DNA from: Epiperipatus broadwayi
Lineage: Eukaryota; Animalia; Onychophora
Reading direction: 5' to 3'
DNA length: 64,000 nucleotides
Assembly (NCBI GenBank): GCA_028023455.1
Contig: JAQFVV010000008.1
Span: forward strand, 10,044,001 to 10,108,000
The notes below the pieces were generated by a model. It did not search any database and was not told the DNA's origin. It saw nothing but the letters and a program-made list of their open reading frames with translations. Of this stretch, positions 1 to 10,899 are shown one piece after another (the stretch's first letter is position 1; each line of letters starts with the position of its first letter). Made by a program: the position numbers and the translations under genes.

Positions 1-903
1 GAATAGTGAGAAAAACAAAAATATTATTTTGATTTAAAGTAATTATCCACAATCAATCTTGATGTCCAGGCTAATCCTTAAGTACTATTAAATGAAATAA
101 AAGTAATAAATTTCAATAAATTACATTAATAATCTTTATTTCTCTTTTTTTTTTTTTTAAAAAAAAAAACTTATAAAGTGGAAGTGACGAAACATTTTGA
201 ACTTTAAAGTTTTCAATGGCTTGGGTAAACCAATGAGTGATTCATTGTGTCATCACTTTCAAGTTTTTTTATTTTTCAAATGAAATTTATGTTTCTAAAA
301 CTCATTTTTAATTTATGTTCAATGTGTATGAAGTAAATTTGATAGCACAGAAAAAATATAACATTCTAATAAAAATTTTTATATGGTTTATTTAATTATT
401 TTCATTGATTTCTTCCATCCGGAACCAATTTTATTATTTTCCATACATATACATGTAATTTTTGAGAACCAATCTACCATGTAAAAAGACAATTAGATGT
501 ATTTTGGGTATCAAATGTTTGTTTAATATCAAAATATATCTTTGTTGCAAAAATAATGTTATCAATTTTTTTTTCACTTCATCAGATGAAAATAATTAAT
601 AATTATATATTTTAATATCTTTTGCATATGAACTTTCAATCATTTCTGTATAATAATCACATAATTTTATATCAATGCAACATTTTTCATCAGGTAATGT
701 TCAGTAACATTTAATAATTATAGTTTGTGATATAAATATATAGCATTTTTAAAACACTTATGTAAACAGTTATATTTTTTATATTGGACTATTTCCATAA
801 TCTAATATGCGTATTGAAAGTCTTTAGAAAAAATTTAACTTTATTTAAATATTCCAAATACATTCAACTGTTAGTAATAGCACATCAAAAAGGTTAGCAT
901 ATG

Positions 904-946
904 TACAACATTTTGAGAGGTATTATTCTCTCCTCTTCTTCAGGTG
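904..946 (-). ncRNA. Minimal type-I hammerhead-like motif, family A left arm (degenerate)
   Basis: Minus strand reads CAC-CTGAAGA-A-GAGGAG-agaataata-CCTCTC-AAAA-TG-TT-GTA: CUGANGA core and stem II present, GAAA altered to AAAA. Confidence 0.55.
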
Positions 947-980
947 TTGCTGGCCTGACCAGTGATAGTACTAGCATATG

Positions 981-1109
981 ATTCGAACCTCGATCCTTAG
1001 ATTCTTGATTATTGAATTTTAAGGTACTGCTCTAACCAACTGAGTCACTTGGTTAGAGTGTTATCTTAAAATTCAATAATCAAGAATCTAAGGATCCAGG
1101 TTCGAATCC
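981..1109. promoter_or_regulatory. Divergent tRNA-type Pol III A/B boxes (SINE-like heads)
   Basis: Minus strand has A box GTGACTCAGTTGGTTAGAGC (1029-1048) and B box GGTTCGAAT (981-989). Plus strand has a 5'-clipped A box TTGGTTAGAG (1049-1058) and B box GGTTCGAATCC (1099-1109). No acceptor stem, so this is not a functional tRNA. Confidence 0.8.
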
Positions 1110-1141
1110 CATGCTAGTACTGTCATTGGTCAGGTCAGCAA

Positions 1142-1184
1142 CACCTGAAGAAAAGGGGAGAATAATGCCTCTCAAAACATTGTG
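1142..1184 (+). ncRNA. Minimal type-I hammerhead-like motif, family A right arm (degenerate)
   Basis: CAC-CTGAAGA-A-AAGGGG-agaataatg-CCTCTC-AAAA-CA-TT-GTG. Stem I is CAC/GTG; G12 reads as A. Confidence 0.55.
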
Positions 1185-1779
1185 CATATACTAACCTGTT
1201 TGATGTGCTATTATTAACAGTTGAATGTATTTGGAATATTTAAATAAAGTTAAATTTTTTTAAAAACATTCAGTATGCCTGCATATTAGATGATGGAAAT
1301 AGTTTAATATAAAAATACAACTAGAACACCATCATCACAAATCTTCAGAAAAACACAAACTTATATAAGCAGCCTTTATTTAATAACAATACAATAAAAA
1401 AATTAAAAAAGTTAATGATTAAAAGTTTTTAGTTGCTACTTTTTTAAAAAAAGATAAAAAATTACAAGTTAACTGGAACAGCATGGCAAACTAAGAAAAG
1501 AAAAACAGAAACAGGGCATTCTCTCTATTGTGTTCCAATTTATTAGACATTTACTGATCTAAATGTATATTATTAAATTCTACTTTAAAATATGTGTATA
1601 TTATTAACGATTTTCGGTTTACTACTATTTTTTAAATAATCAAGATTAAATTTAAAAATATTAATCAAATAAATTGTAACTAATATTAAAATAATAAAGA
1701 GTTCACTTATAATTTTATCTGTATTAAAAGATATAACTGAAAAATTAATTGTTGGGTTAATAATACTTCATTAGTATTA

Positions 1780-4700
1780 AACAATTTTATTTTTTTAATT
1801 CTCTTATCTTCTTCATGATTTCTCACTGTTGAGAGTATCTTCAACCAAAAGTCCTCCATATTTTCCTCTTTCATATTTCTCTACCTATAACACCTGCTGC
1901 TGACAGAACATTTCTTCCTCTGCTGTTCATCAGTCTTCTTGCTTTTGTTTCTTTGACCTTCCTGTCTTTTTTCACCATTTACCAATCAAACATAATCCCT
2001 TCTATTCTGTTCTTATTCTTCTCTTTAATATGCCTATGCTATCTTAATTTTTTTAAAAATGGCTATTATTATATTTTGTTCACTTCTCTAAACTTTTGAT
2101 TTGCTTTTTTTTATTATTATAAGTTTTTGATTTTCTTGCTGGTCTCCAATAATTTATTTGTTGACAATGCTGTCTCTTTTATCTTCTTTTGTTATTGTCT
2201 ATGTGTATATTCTATATAATTATACAATATTTACTAGGGCATATCATATGTCTTTTTGTTTTCATTAATATATTACTATTCTATAAAACTGAATTATAGT
2301 ATTCCTATTTCCTATTACAAATTCTTTTAAGACCTCTCTCTTTAACTATACATTTTTTTGATGAGTTATTCTAAATATTGGAAGCTATTCACTTCATGAT
2401 TTTTTCCCATCAATGATTAATACATCATTTCCTTCTATTCCCAAACACTCTGCCTTTCCAAAGTTAATATTTATTGTATGATCTATAAGTTCCTCATAAT
2501 ATATTCAATATCCTATATGTCCTATGTATAATCATCTGATTATCTTCAAATAATAAATTGGATACATATATATTATTATATAATCTTGCATCTATTATTT
2601 TACATTTATTTATCCATTTTTTTAGAACCATATCTTTATAGATTTTGAACAGAGTTAGTGATATACATCATTCCTACAATAATCCTTTTCCTGTCATAAA
2701 TTTCTCTGACAATTTTTGACCTATCTTTTCCTGACTAACCTCTTAATTATATTAATCAATGAATTTTATTCAGTCTCAGGTAATTTCAGTACTATCTGTA
2801 GCAATTGCAAAAGGAACACTATTATAACCTTTCATCAAGATCATAAAAATCATGTATATCTATTTATATCTGTCTTCAATCCATACATGATTTTCATATC
2901 GTGAAACTACACTATTCTCAGAGATGTTTCAACTTGTTTCTCCAAATAATTATTTAAAATTCTTTCAAATATATTCACAATAGGGTTGGCAACATATTTT
3001 CTTTCATAGTTCACACATTTAAATCCATATCTTTTCTTTAAGACTGATTATATAAAAATAATATCATGTGAAATTTATCATTTCTATTTTAAATAAAAAA
3101 GAGAATAAACCTTCACTTATGCAGTGTTCGAATTTACACGTACTCACCCACTCGTGAGCATCTGTTTAAAAAGCACAAGTGGTATGATTGAAGGTTTATT
3201 CCCTTCTCTATTTACATACATAATCAAGCATTATATAAATAAACTATTATAACAGTAAATTAAAAATTTAAATATTTATTTCAAGTCTATTTAAAATAAT
3301 AATTGAACTATCGTCTAGCTGCCATGTTCAATAATTTTTTACAAGAAAATAGTCAATTTTCTTGTTGTAAAAAGTTATTCTCACTATAAAAAATTATTGA
3401 ACATGAAAGCGAGAAGACAGTTAAATTATTATTTAAAATAGACTTGGTAAATTTAACATGACATTATATTTATTCAATATTAAAAACACACACATATATA
3501 TATATCCAAGGACATTAATCATGGTATATTTTTTCCCATACTAATAATTATTTTCATTAGTAATCAATTTGGATTTTTTTTTCTTCACATATTTTATCAG
3601 CTTTAAATTAATTCTTTCTGGTCCAAACTCTTGTCCATTTCTTACATACTGTATTTCTTTCAACATTCTCTCTTTTCCAAACTCAAATTTTGTAAATCAT
3701 AGTTTTTATCTTCCATAATCGATCAAGTCTTCTAATTCTTTTTTTATGAATATTTTTATATAGACTACTCCTTTTTTAAATTATACTTATTTTTATCTTA
3801 TAATATGCTTATTTTCTCAAGTATTCATCATTTTCCTAGTGTTTATTGATCTTTGGAATTTCACTTTGTTCTTTCATATATTTCTTTGATTACAATCCAT
3901 TCTTTTCTGTTGTTGCTGCTTTTGCAATTTTTTTATTCACTATTTAATTTTCTGTAATTTTCCTCATGTTTTACTTTCTTTGAACCAATCGATTTTTGAT
4001 AAACTTTCTTCTTTTCCTCACATTTTCTCTACAATATCTTCTGTCATCCAAATTCTACTTCACATTTATCTTTCCATCTTGAAACTTTATAAGTTACATC
4101 CTTAATTTTTTAAATATAATTATAAATTTCTTTGAAATTGCCATCAAGATTATCATCTAATTTCTTCTTCATTCTCTGTTTAAATACCAATTTTACACTT
4201 TCATTTTTCAAAAATTTGATGTTAAATTTTCTTTCATGTTGAATCAATTTTCCATTCCTCATCATTGCATGGTCAAAAATATAAACTCTTTAATGAATAA
4301 TGGTTATTATCACACTTTATTCCTCTAAAAACTTTGTCACTCTTAATTTTAATTTAATTTTTTTTTGTCTTAGACACAAGCAATAATCAATTGGAGATTT
4401 CTTGTCATTCATCTCCATCTAACTTTAGATATTGATTTACATTGAAAATATATTGATTATTTTAAGGTTTAGTTGATCATACAATTGAAGCAACTGATTT
4501 CCATTATTATTTTTCTTAATCTGCCCAATTCTTTTCATTATGGTACATATTCCTTCTGACTAACTCTTGGATTCAAATCTTCCACAACTACAATTTCTTT
4601 TTTCCATATACTCTAATGTACACCATTTCTCCTGATAATAAAGTCAAACTCACAGTTATCATTTTTTCATTAAGAAATTTCCCATACTATTACTTTTTAT

Positions 4701-4900
4701 TGTATGCTTTTTATTATTAACAAAACTCCCATTCTTGCCATTTGACTTTTTATCACCTGTTCCATAGATGGACATAGTTACCATACCTTATTTTTTCCCT
4801 TTCTCTTTATCTCTGTCACCCATATTATATTTTTGTAATTCTCTTGGTAAAAAAGTGATCTTATTTTAAAGACTCAGTATATTCTAATATTCATATTTCA
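1780..4900 (-). mobile_element. Degenerate RTE-type LINE ORF (APE endonuclease + RT), interrupted by foldback insertions at about 3060-3500
   Basis: Minus-strand residual motifs in LINE order: LNEKMITVSLTLLSGEMVYIRVY (about 4610-4675), PIDYCLC (about 4370-4392, IDY motif), then RT-like segments at 2200-3000. Many stops and frameshifts; boundaries approximate. Confidence 0.7.
3282..3446. mobile_element. MITE-like foldback (about 60 bp imperfect TIRs plus inner hairpin)
   Basis: CAAGTCTATTTAAAATAATAATTGAAC...CATGTTCAATAATTTTTTA pairs with TAAAAAATTATTGAACATG...AATTATTATTTAAAATAGACTTG. Inner hairpin ACAAGAAAAT-agtca-ATTTTCTTGT. Confidence 0.6.
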
Positions 4901-5349
4901 TTTTCTTTTCCATAACTTTTTTTTTTTGTTTTAGTCAAAAAAAGTAGCTACACAAAAATATGCTATGTATGTCTTATTCACTTAAAAAAAGTGAAATGAA
5001 TGTTTCAGAATGCATTTATAGTGAGAGAGGTTCTGGCTTCTATGTTAGGAAGGTTGGTTATATGATTGACCTAAAATGAAAGATACACTGATAAAAACAG
5101 AAAATTCATTTTAGATTCTAGTAAACATTAAAACTCTTAAATACTACACAAATAAAATGTGTTTATTTGTAATCAATATATATATAATAAAATCAAGTCA
5201 TATATCACATGACTTATACAGATTGCATTTACAAATATATAAAATAAAAAGCATGCTAATACATATTTACATATTTGTAAATGCAAGCTATACAAGACAT
5301 GTAATATATGAATTGATTTTATTACTATTATTATTTGGCTTTGGCTAAA

Positions 5350-6200
5350 TTAAATTTCTAAGCCTATTAATATATGGTGTATCTGAATTAAATTCAGGCC
5401 CATATGGTTATTTCAGCTGGAGAGCTAAATTTAGACATGAAGATGAATGAAAATTTTAGATCTTTTTCTTAAGAGTTAACTATTAGATAAGTGCTTAGCT
5501 TGAGCTGGTATTTTGAATCTGATGTCTTCATTGATGACAGCCATAGCTCAAAACTGGTCTGGAGATTGGGACAATCTTAGGTAAAGATTTCAAATGCATT
5601 CTCTTGGACATTTATCAAAACAAAAAGCTTGTTTAGAGCTATTAGCATACTCTTTATTATATATATATATGAAAATATTCCAGTGCATATTACTAGCTGA
5701 AAATTCAAATACAAAATGTTCAAATCCCCCTCTCAAATGTTATGTTTTTTCAGCAACACCCTCTGTGAATAAGTATTAAGTCTGAGCTTCAAACAGCATG
5801 GCTCAAAAAGATAAATACATTTAACATTTTTATTTTATTAAAAATCTACAGTGACAAGAATTTTAACATTTGAAAAAATATGCAAAAAGGTGTACAAAAA
5901 AATGATTGGAGAGAAATTTTATTGAAAAAAGTTATAAAGAGAAAGGTAAAAATATTTGACCATATTGAATAAATGAATGTTGGTAACTAAAAATCCAGAT
6001 TTTTGGCATTACATAAAGCATAAATAAAAGAAAAAGAACCCATGAAATATAAACATATGGCATTATTGGATAGTGTGAAAATAATTTACATTCATTCAGC
6101 TTTTTTGCAAGGGATGGGAAAAAATTGGAGAAAGTTGGGAAAGAAAACACAGTTCTTACATCTATACTTCTGAGTCATGATTATTGATAATGATTAATGT
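5350..6200 (-). mobile_element. RTE-type RT C-terminal relic
   Basis: Minus frame ISRPVLSYGC (about 5535-5570) resembles the RTE 'PVLxYGxETW' block. A decayed FADD-like segment sits near 5800. Confidence 0.4.
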
Positions 6201-7982
6201 TAATTAGTTATGGACATGCAATCGAGATCTAGCACTGAATGACAGACATTTAAATTGACAAATTACAATAGGAACATAATTTTATTTATATAAGTTTTAG
6301 TGAAGATAAGTAAATAATCAATGACAATAAATGAATATAATGCTTCTAAAAAATAAAGATTAAAAGTTACTTATCATCTTCAAATATAAAATACCTAGTT
6401 CCTAACCTTTATTATAGTGCTTAGAAGAATATAAAAATGACGTATGCATGATTGTTATAAATAATTACGAAAGAATTCAATAATAAAAGGTTAATTTATA
6501 ATGTTATAAAAAAAAAAAACTGTTAAATTAAAAGTTTTAATATAAAATTATTCCATACTTTCTATTTTAGCACTCAGCCTTTTCAATTTTTGTTTCTTTA
6601 ATTACGTTCAGACGAATTATTTATTTTAAAATTGACAAAATATATAAATAGTGTATGATAAGAATATTATCATTATTATCTACCACCATCATGATATTGA
6701 GTCCTGATAATGTTCACATAAATAGCATTTCTCCAGAATTATCTACATTTCCTGTTTGAATTTTTAGGCTGTTCAAAGGTATATTCTTTATTCTGATGAA
6801 ATTTACCATTCATCTCATTGCTAGTCTTCCGATTCATTATACCCGTCAACTTTTCCAAGCTTTATACACTTTTCTAATTAAAATGGCACTAAGAAAATAA
6901 ATCGGTAGATATATTTATGATCAAAGGGATTAGAGAGGTGAATATTAAATCTTTATATATAAATGGATTTTTAAAATGCAAATTATAATGGACGTAGAAC
7001 TACAGCAATGTATATTTCTGGTGAAAATTATCTTTTTAAAAACATTTAAATAATATATATATATTTAATCAAATCAGAAGTTTTGATTCTAATTTCACGT
7101 TAATGAATTAAACGTATATATATATCATTTTTACATAGAAAAACATACTAGTTTATCTTATGAAATATACAAGCTGTGAATTGTAGAAATAATTTCAAAA
7201 CACTGATTATTTTTAATTTTCTATGGAACAATTATTATTCATACAACTTCTTTTTAACATTGTTTTAAAAAATCTTTGATCTTATACATATGCAAATATG
7301 ATTATTATCTAAAAGAATTGTTCATTGCAATTAATAAATTAATATTTTAAACATTTGCATATTTAATTAACGTTTCAATAGAATATAATTTGAAGTAATA
7401 ATCAATGGAAAAAGACTTAGGAATATTTGCAAATTAATTTATTTATCAAAATAAATCTTTTGAAGATATTTATCCAAGAATTTTCGCAATTGTAATAATT
7501 TAAATTTTTTATTATTTATTGTTTTGTCGACACTTGCAATTAGCGGACTCTTCAATAGTTATAAGTTGCTAGAATTTTTATTATTAATTAATTAATACTA
7601 GCATCAATATTTGAAATGAGTCACTCGAGTGTCTGTGTGTATATATAAACATTCAATATATATATATAATTATTGGGGTAAACGACTCTCACCTTTAGCT
7701 ATTAATAAATAACATTCTGTTGGCAAAGAATACAAAACAGAATGGATTCATCTATTCTTTAAGTTTTTGATATTTATAAGCTTATAGCTGCCAACAATTA
7801 TGGAAGTATACAATGAATTCGATATATCAATGAGAATGAAAATATTAATAATTTCTAAGAATAGAGATGAAATCTCACTTTTAATGACATTGTTTCAATA
7901 ATTAAGATGAAAATAATCGTAAACATTAAATGGTCATTAATAATTTTCATTAGTTATCCATTAGACTAGAGATTATTCACTT

Positions 7983-8440
7983 AATAATATTTCTGTAGTA
8001 TATAATTTTCATTGCACCACCCTCACGCAAAGTAGGGACTGATTTCTATCTACTTTTAATATCTCGAGTAGGGGTGTGGTATAAGAAAATTTATACTACA
8101 GAAATATTTTTCATTAAATAGATTATTAATATACGTTTATTAGTAGTTTGTATCAAAGTTGTGAAGGCAGTAAGTTTAATATATCAATTAAATTGTAGTA
8201 ATTGGCTATCTGCATATAGTAAACAATAATAAAAATATATGTAAGAGATTGTGATCTGAGCCAAATGATGAATGCTGGTTTAGCACAAAATGTGAATTTT
8301 GGAGATCATACATATTTTTCACATCTCTTTAATCATATTTTAAAAATACACCCTTCCACAAGATATTAAAAGTGGATAGAAACCAGTTCTTTTCTTGAGC
8401 GAGAGTGGTGTAACAAAAATTATATTACAGAAATATTATT
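7983..8440. mobile_element. MITE-like unit (TIRs at about 7985-8022 and 8070-8108) with an inverted partial second copy at about 8345-8440
   Basis: AATATTTCTGTAGTATATAATTTTC...CACCACCCTC pairs with GGGGTGTGGTATAAGAAAATTTATACTACAGAAATATT. 8345-8440 is the reverse complement of 7983-8080, including the interior GATTTCTATCTACTTTTAATATC. Confidence 0.6.
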
Positions 8441-8508
8441 CATTAAATGATCATGACTCAATACTGTATATATATATATATATAAATTAATGGAATAAAC
8501 CACACTTC

Positions 8509-8662
8509 CTTTCAGGTTATAAATAATATTCTATTGACAAAGAGTCAAGAATAAAATGCATCCACTTATTGTTTCAGCTTATGATTTTCCATATATCATA
8601 TAGTTAGGTCCATTTATTCTTGACTCTTTTTTAACAGAGTTTTATTTATTCATAACTTAAAG
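8509..8662. repeat. Imperfect inverted repeat, about 50 bp arms
   Basis: AAAGAGTCAAGAATAAAATG pairs with CATTTATTCTTGACTCTTTT. The right arm and its flank recur as a diverged direct copy at about 8915-8980. Confidence 0.5.
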
Positions 8663-9437
8663 GGGAGAATGATTTACTTCAATAATTACATATACTGTGG
8701 AGCTTTTCTAATTTAATGTTTTCAATTATTAACTTCTGATTATTTATTGAAATAAGGTCATTAAAAGCAACATTCAGTTGCCATCCTTGTATAATTCAGT
8801 TTTAGTTTAAAAATTGTTAATGTTTATGTTTTTATCTGACTAATATATTGAATTCATTCTATATTTCCAATAGGTTTATGAATATAAGTCAAAAGTTTAA
8901 AAAACAGGTGAACCTATTCTATTTTTGAGCCTTTCTTAACAGTGTTATTTATTCGTAGCATGAAGAGAAGAATGATTTACTTATATGTGTGTGTGCATGC
9001 ATGTATCTGTATGTAATATTGTGTTTAAGAATTAGACTAAATACAATTATTATCATACTTTTGGAAGTAGTATTAAAAAGTCTTAGATACTATTAGTGTA
9101 TATATAATATGTAATTTTATTTTTGAATTTTTTTTCTTTTTCTTATCTCATTTTTTTAAAATCTCCTTTGTTTGTTCCACTTTTCTATTCTTAATAGCTT
9201 TATTATTACAATGTGTATGTAGTTGTTTAATCATCTCTCAGGAGATCAAATGATATTAAATGTTTAAAGAAACAATCTGTGCATAAATAGTCAAAATAAG
9301 AGTCATAGATTACATGATCCTATTCTCTTAAACTTGTAAGTTATAAACAATGAGGATTGCCAATTCCTCAACAAGCTTTGTGATAAATGCTTAGCCATGG
9401 CCAGCATTTAAAATATCTCTGTCAGGAACTCCCCTCA

Positions 9438-9480
9438 ACCCCTGACAATGGTTTTGTGCTTTGGCACTCCTCAGAAAGGT
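9438..9480 (-). ncRNA. Type-I hammerhead, family C left arm (G12 mutated to A)
   Basis: Minus strand reads ACCTTT-CTGAGGA-GTGC-caaa-GCAC-AAAA-C-catt-G-TC-AGGGGT. Confidence 0.7.
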
Positions 9481-9506
9481 GCCAGGGTGTCTGAACCTAC
9501 CCTGGC

Positions 9507-9549
9507 ACCTCTCTGAGGAGTGCCAAAGCATGAAACCATGGTCAGTGGT
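9507..9549 (+). ncRNA. Type-I hammerhead ribozyme, family C right arm, complete catalytic core
   Basis: ACCTCT-CTGAGGA-GTGC-caaa-GCAT-GAAA-C-catg-G-TC-AGTGGT. All core nucleotides present; predicted GUC cleavage after 9543. Stem I 5/6 paired, stem II 4 bp including one G-U, palindromic ACCATGGT stem III. Confidence 0.85.
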
Positions 9550-10899
9550 TTGGGAGGGGTTTCCTAATAGAGATATTTTAAATGCTGGCTCTGGCTAAGC
9601 ATTTATCACAAAGCTTGTTGAGGAATTGGCAATCCTCATTGTTTATAATCTGTGCATAAGTTTCGTTTAAAAATATAACAATATTGTTGTTTGAAAGATC
9701 ATGTCGCATCTAAAGATCAAAATAATGAACTGATCATAACATTTATACCCAATTAATTCTTTTTTTATTTCATTCAGCTGGAAATCAGAAAATTTTGTTT
9801 CTTGGGTCTGCCATTATAATAAATTGTTTATGGTAACAGTTCCCTTCACTTTAAGATTGTTTTTAAATTTTTCAGTTTATAAACAATCCAGTAAACAATG
9901 GATTACTATATTCTCATTAATTATTCTAAAATTCATGAGTTTTTTGTTATTAAATACTCAGTAGTGACCATTTTATTACTCTTTGCCAATAATAAGAGCA
10001 ATTGATTTAGTTATGATCAAGGCATTAGTGTTGATAAATGATTTTAAAAAAGTCACTAAAGTTAAATGATATTTAGTATAAATTTAAAAAGAAAGTCATG
10101 TGACACTTAGTTTGTTATAGGCCATTTTCTTTAGTCAGATTTTTATTTTTAAACATTACATAGTTTATGGATAGCCAGAATAATTATTGCATATTTTCTC
10201 AGAAAATAAAATTTGCACAGCTTTATCTAAAACAATAAAGGAAATTAATATTGAATTATATTTTAAAATTTTATTTATAATATTTTTTAGAAGAATTAAA
10301 AAAGATTAAACATTATATATTATTCAAAACCAAAGTAATGATTGGTTTGCATTTAGTTCACCATATTGAAGCAATCGATGTCTAATCATCATCGATGCTT
10401 CATGTTTCACCATCTATACTAACCTCCTAGAGGTCCGCAATTCAGACCTTGCTATAAATATATGCTATCCACTCACACACTGTATGCCAAATCATTCTAA
10501 AGATTAGTAACATTAAATTTTATTTAATAAAATAAAACAATAGTTTGAGTGATGCATATATATTATTATTACTAAAGCAATGATTTTATTGCTATGTTTA
10601 TTGCTGGAAAATACATTTGCTTATATATTTGTGATTATTTTTATATCTGTGTGTATTTAATGTAACAACAAAGAAAAATGGGGAAGGCTTGAAATACTGA
10701 AATTATCTTTATCACTAGTCAGATCGTTGTCTATAATTAAAATTTATAAATCTTAATTAAAATCGAAAAAACAAATCATTTATCAGTTGTTGTTGAATGA
10801 TTTAAAATAGCTAAAAATGGTATTTCAAGCCTTATCTATTGAAAATATTTTTGCTAATTAAATGTTGTTTTTAAAAGGATTACAGAGATAAGGTTGATA

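Larger units (their letters stand above)
768..1358. mobile_element. Family A palindromic element, copy 1: head-to-head tRNA-derived head + hammerhead + tail
   Basis: Arms about 768-1039 and 1049-1322 are reverse complements around the centre CTCTAACCAA-ctgagtcac-TTGGTTAGAG. A one-sided tail occupies about 1322-1358. Decayed flanking direct repeat ACTTATGTAAAC (756-767) / ACTTATATAAGC (1359-1370). A homologous second copy lies at 15172-15822. Confidence 0.85.
9287..9646. mobile_element. Family C palindromic hammerhead element with TSD
   Basis: Arms 9341-9488 and 9499-9648 surround the loop GTCTGAACCT; the outer 57 bp are perfectly complementary. One-sided tail 9287-9340. Flanking direct repeat AATCTGTGCATAA at 9274-9286 and 9647-9659. 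Confidence 0.85.

Noticed and set aside
170-270. Possible foldback near the window start
   Set aside because: Pairing relies mostly on poly-A/poly-T runs and short scattered matches.
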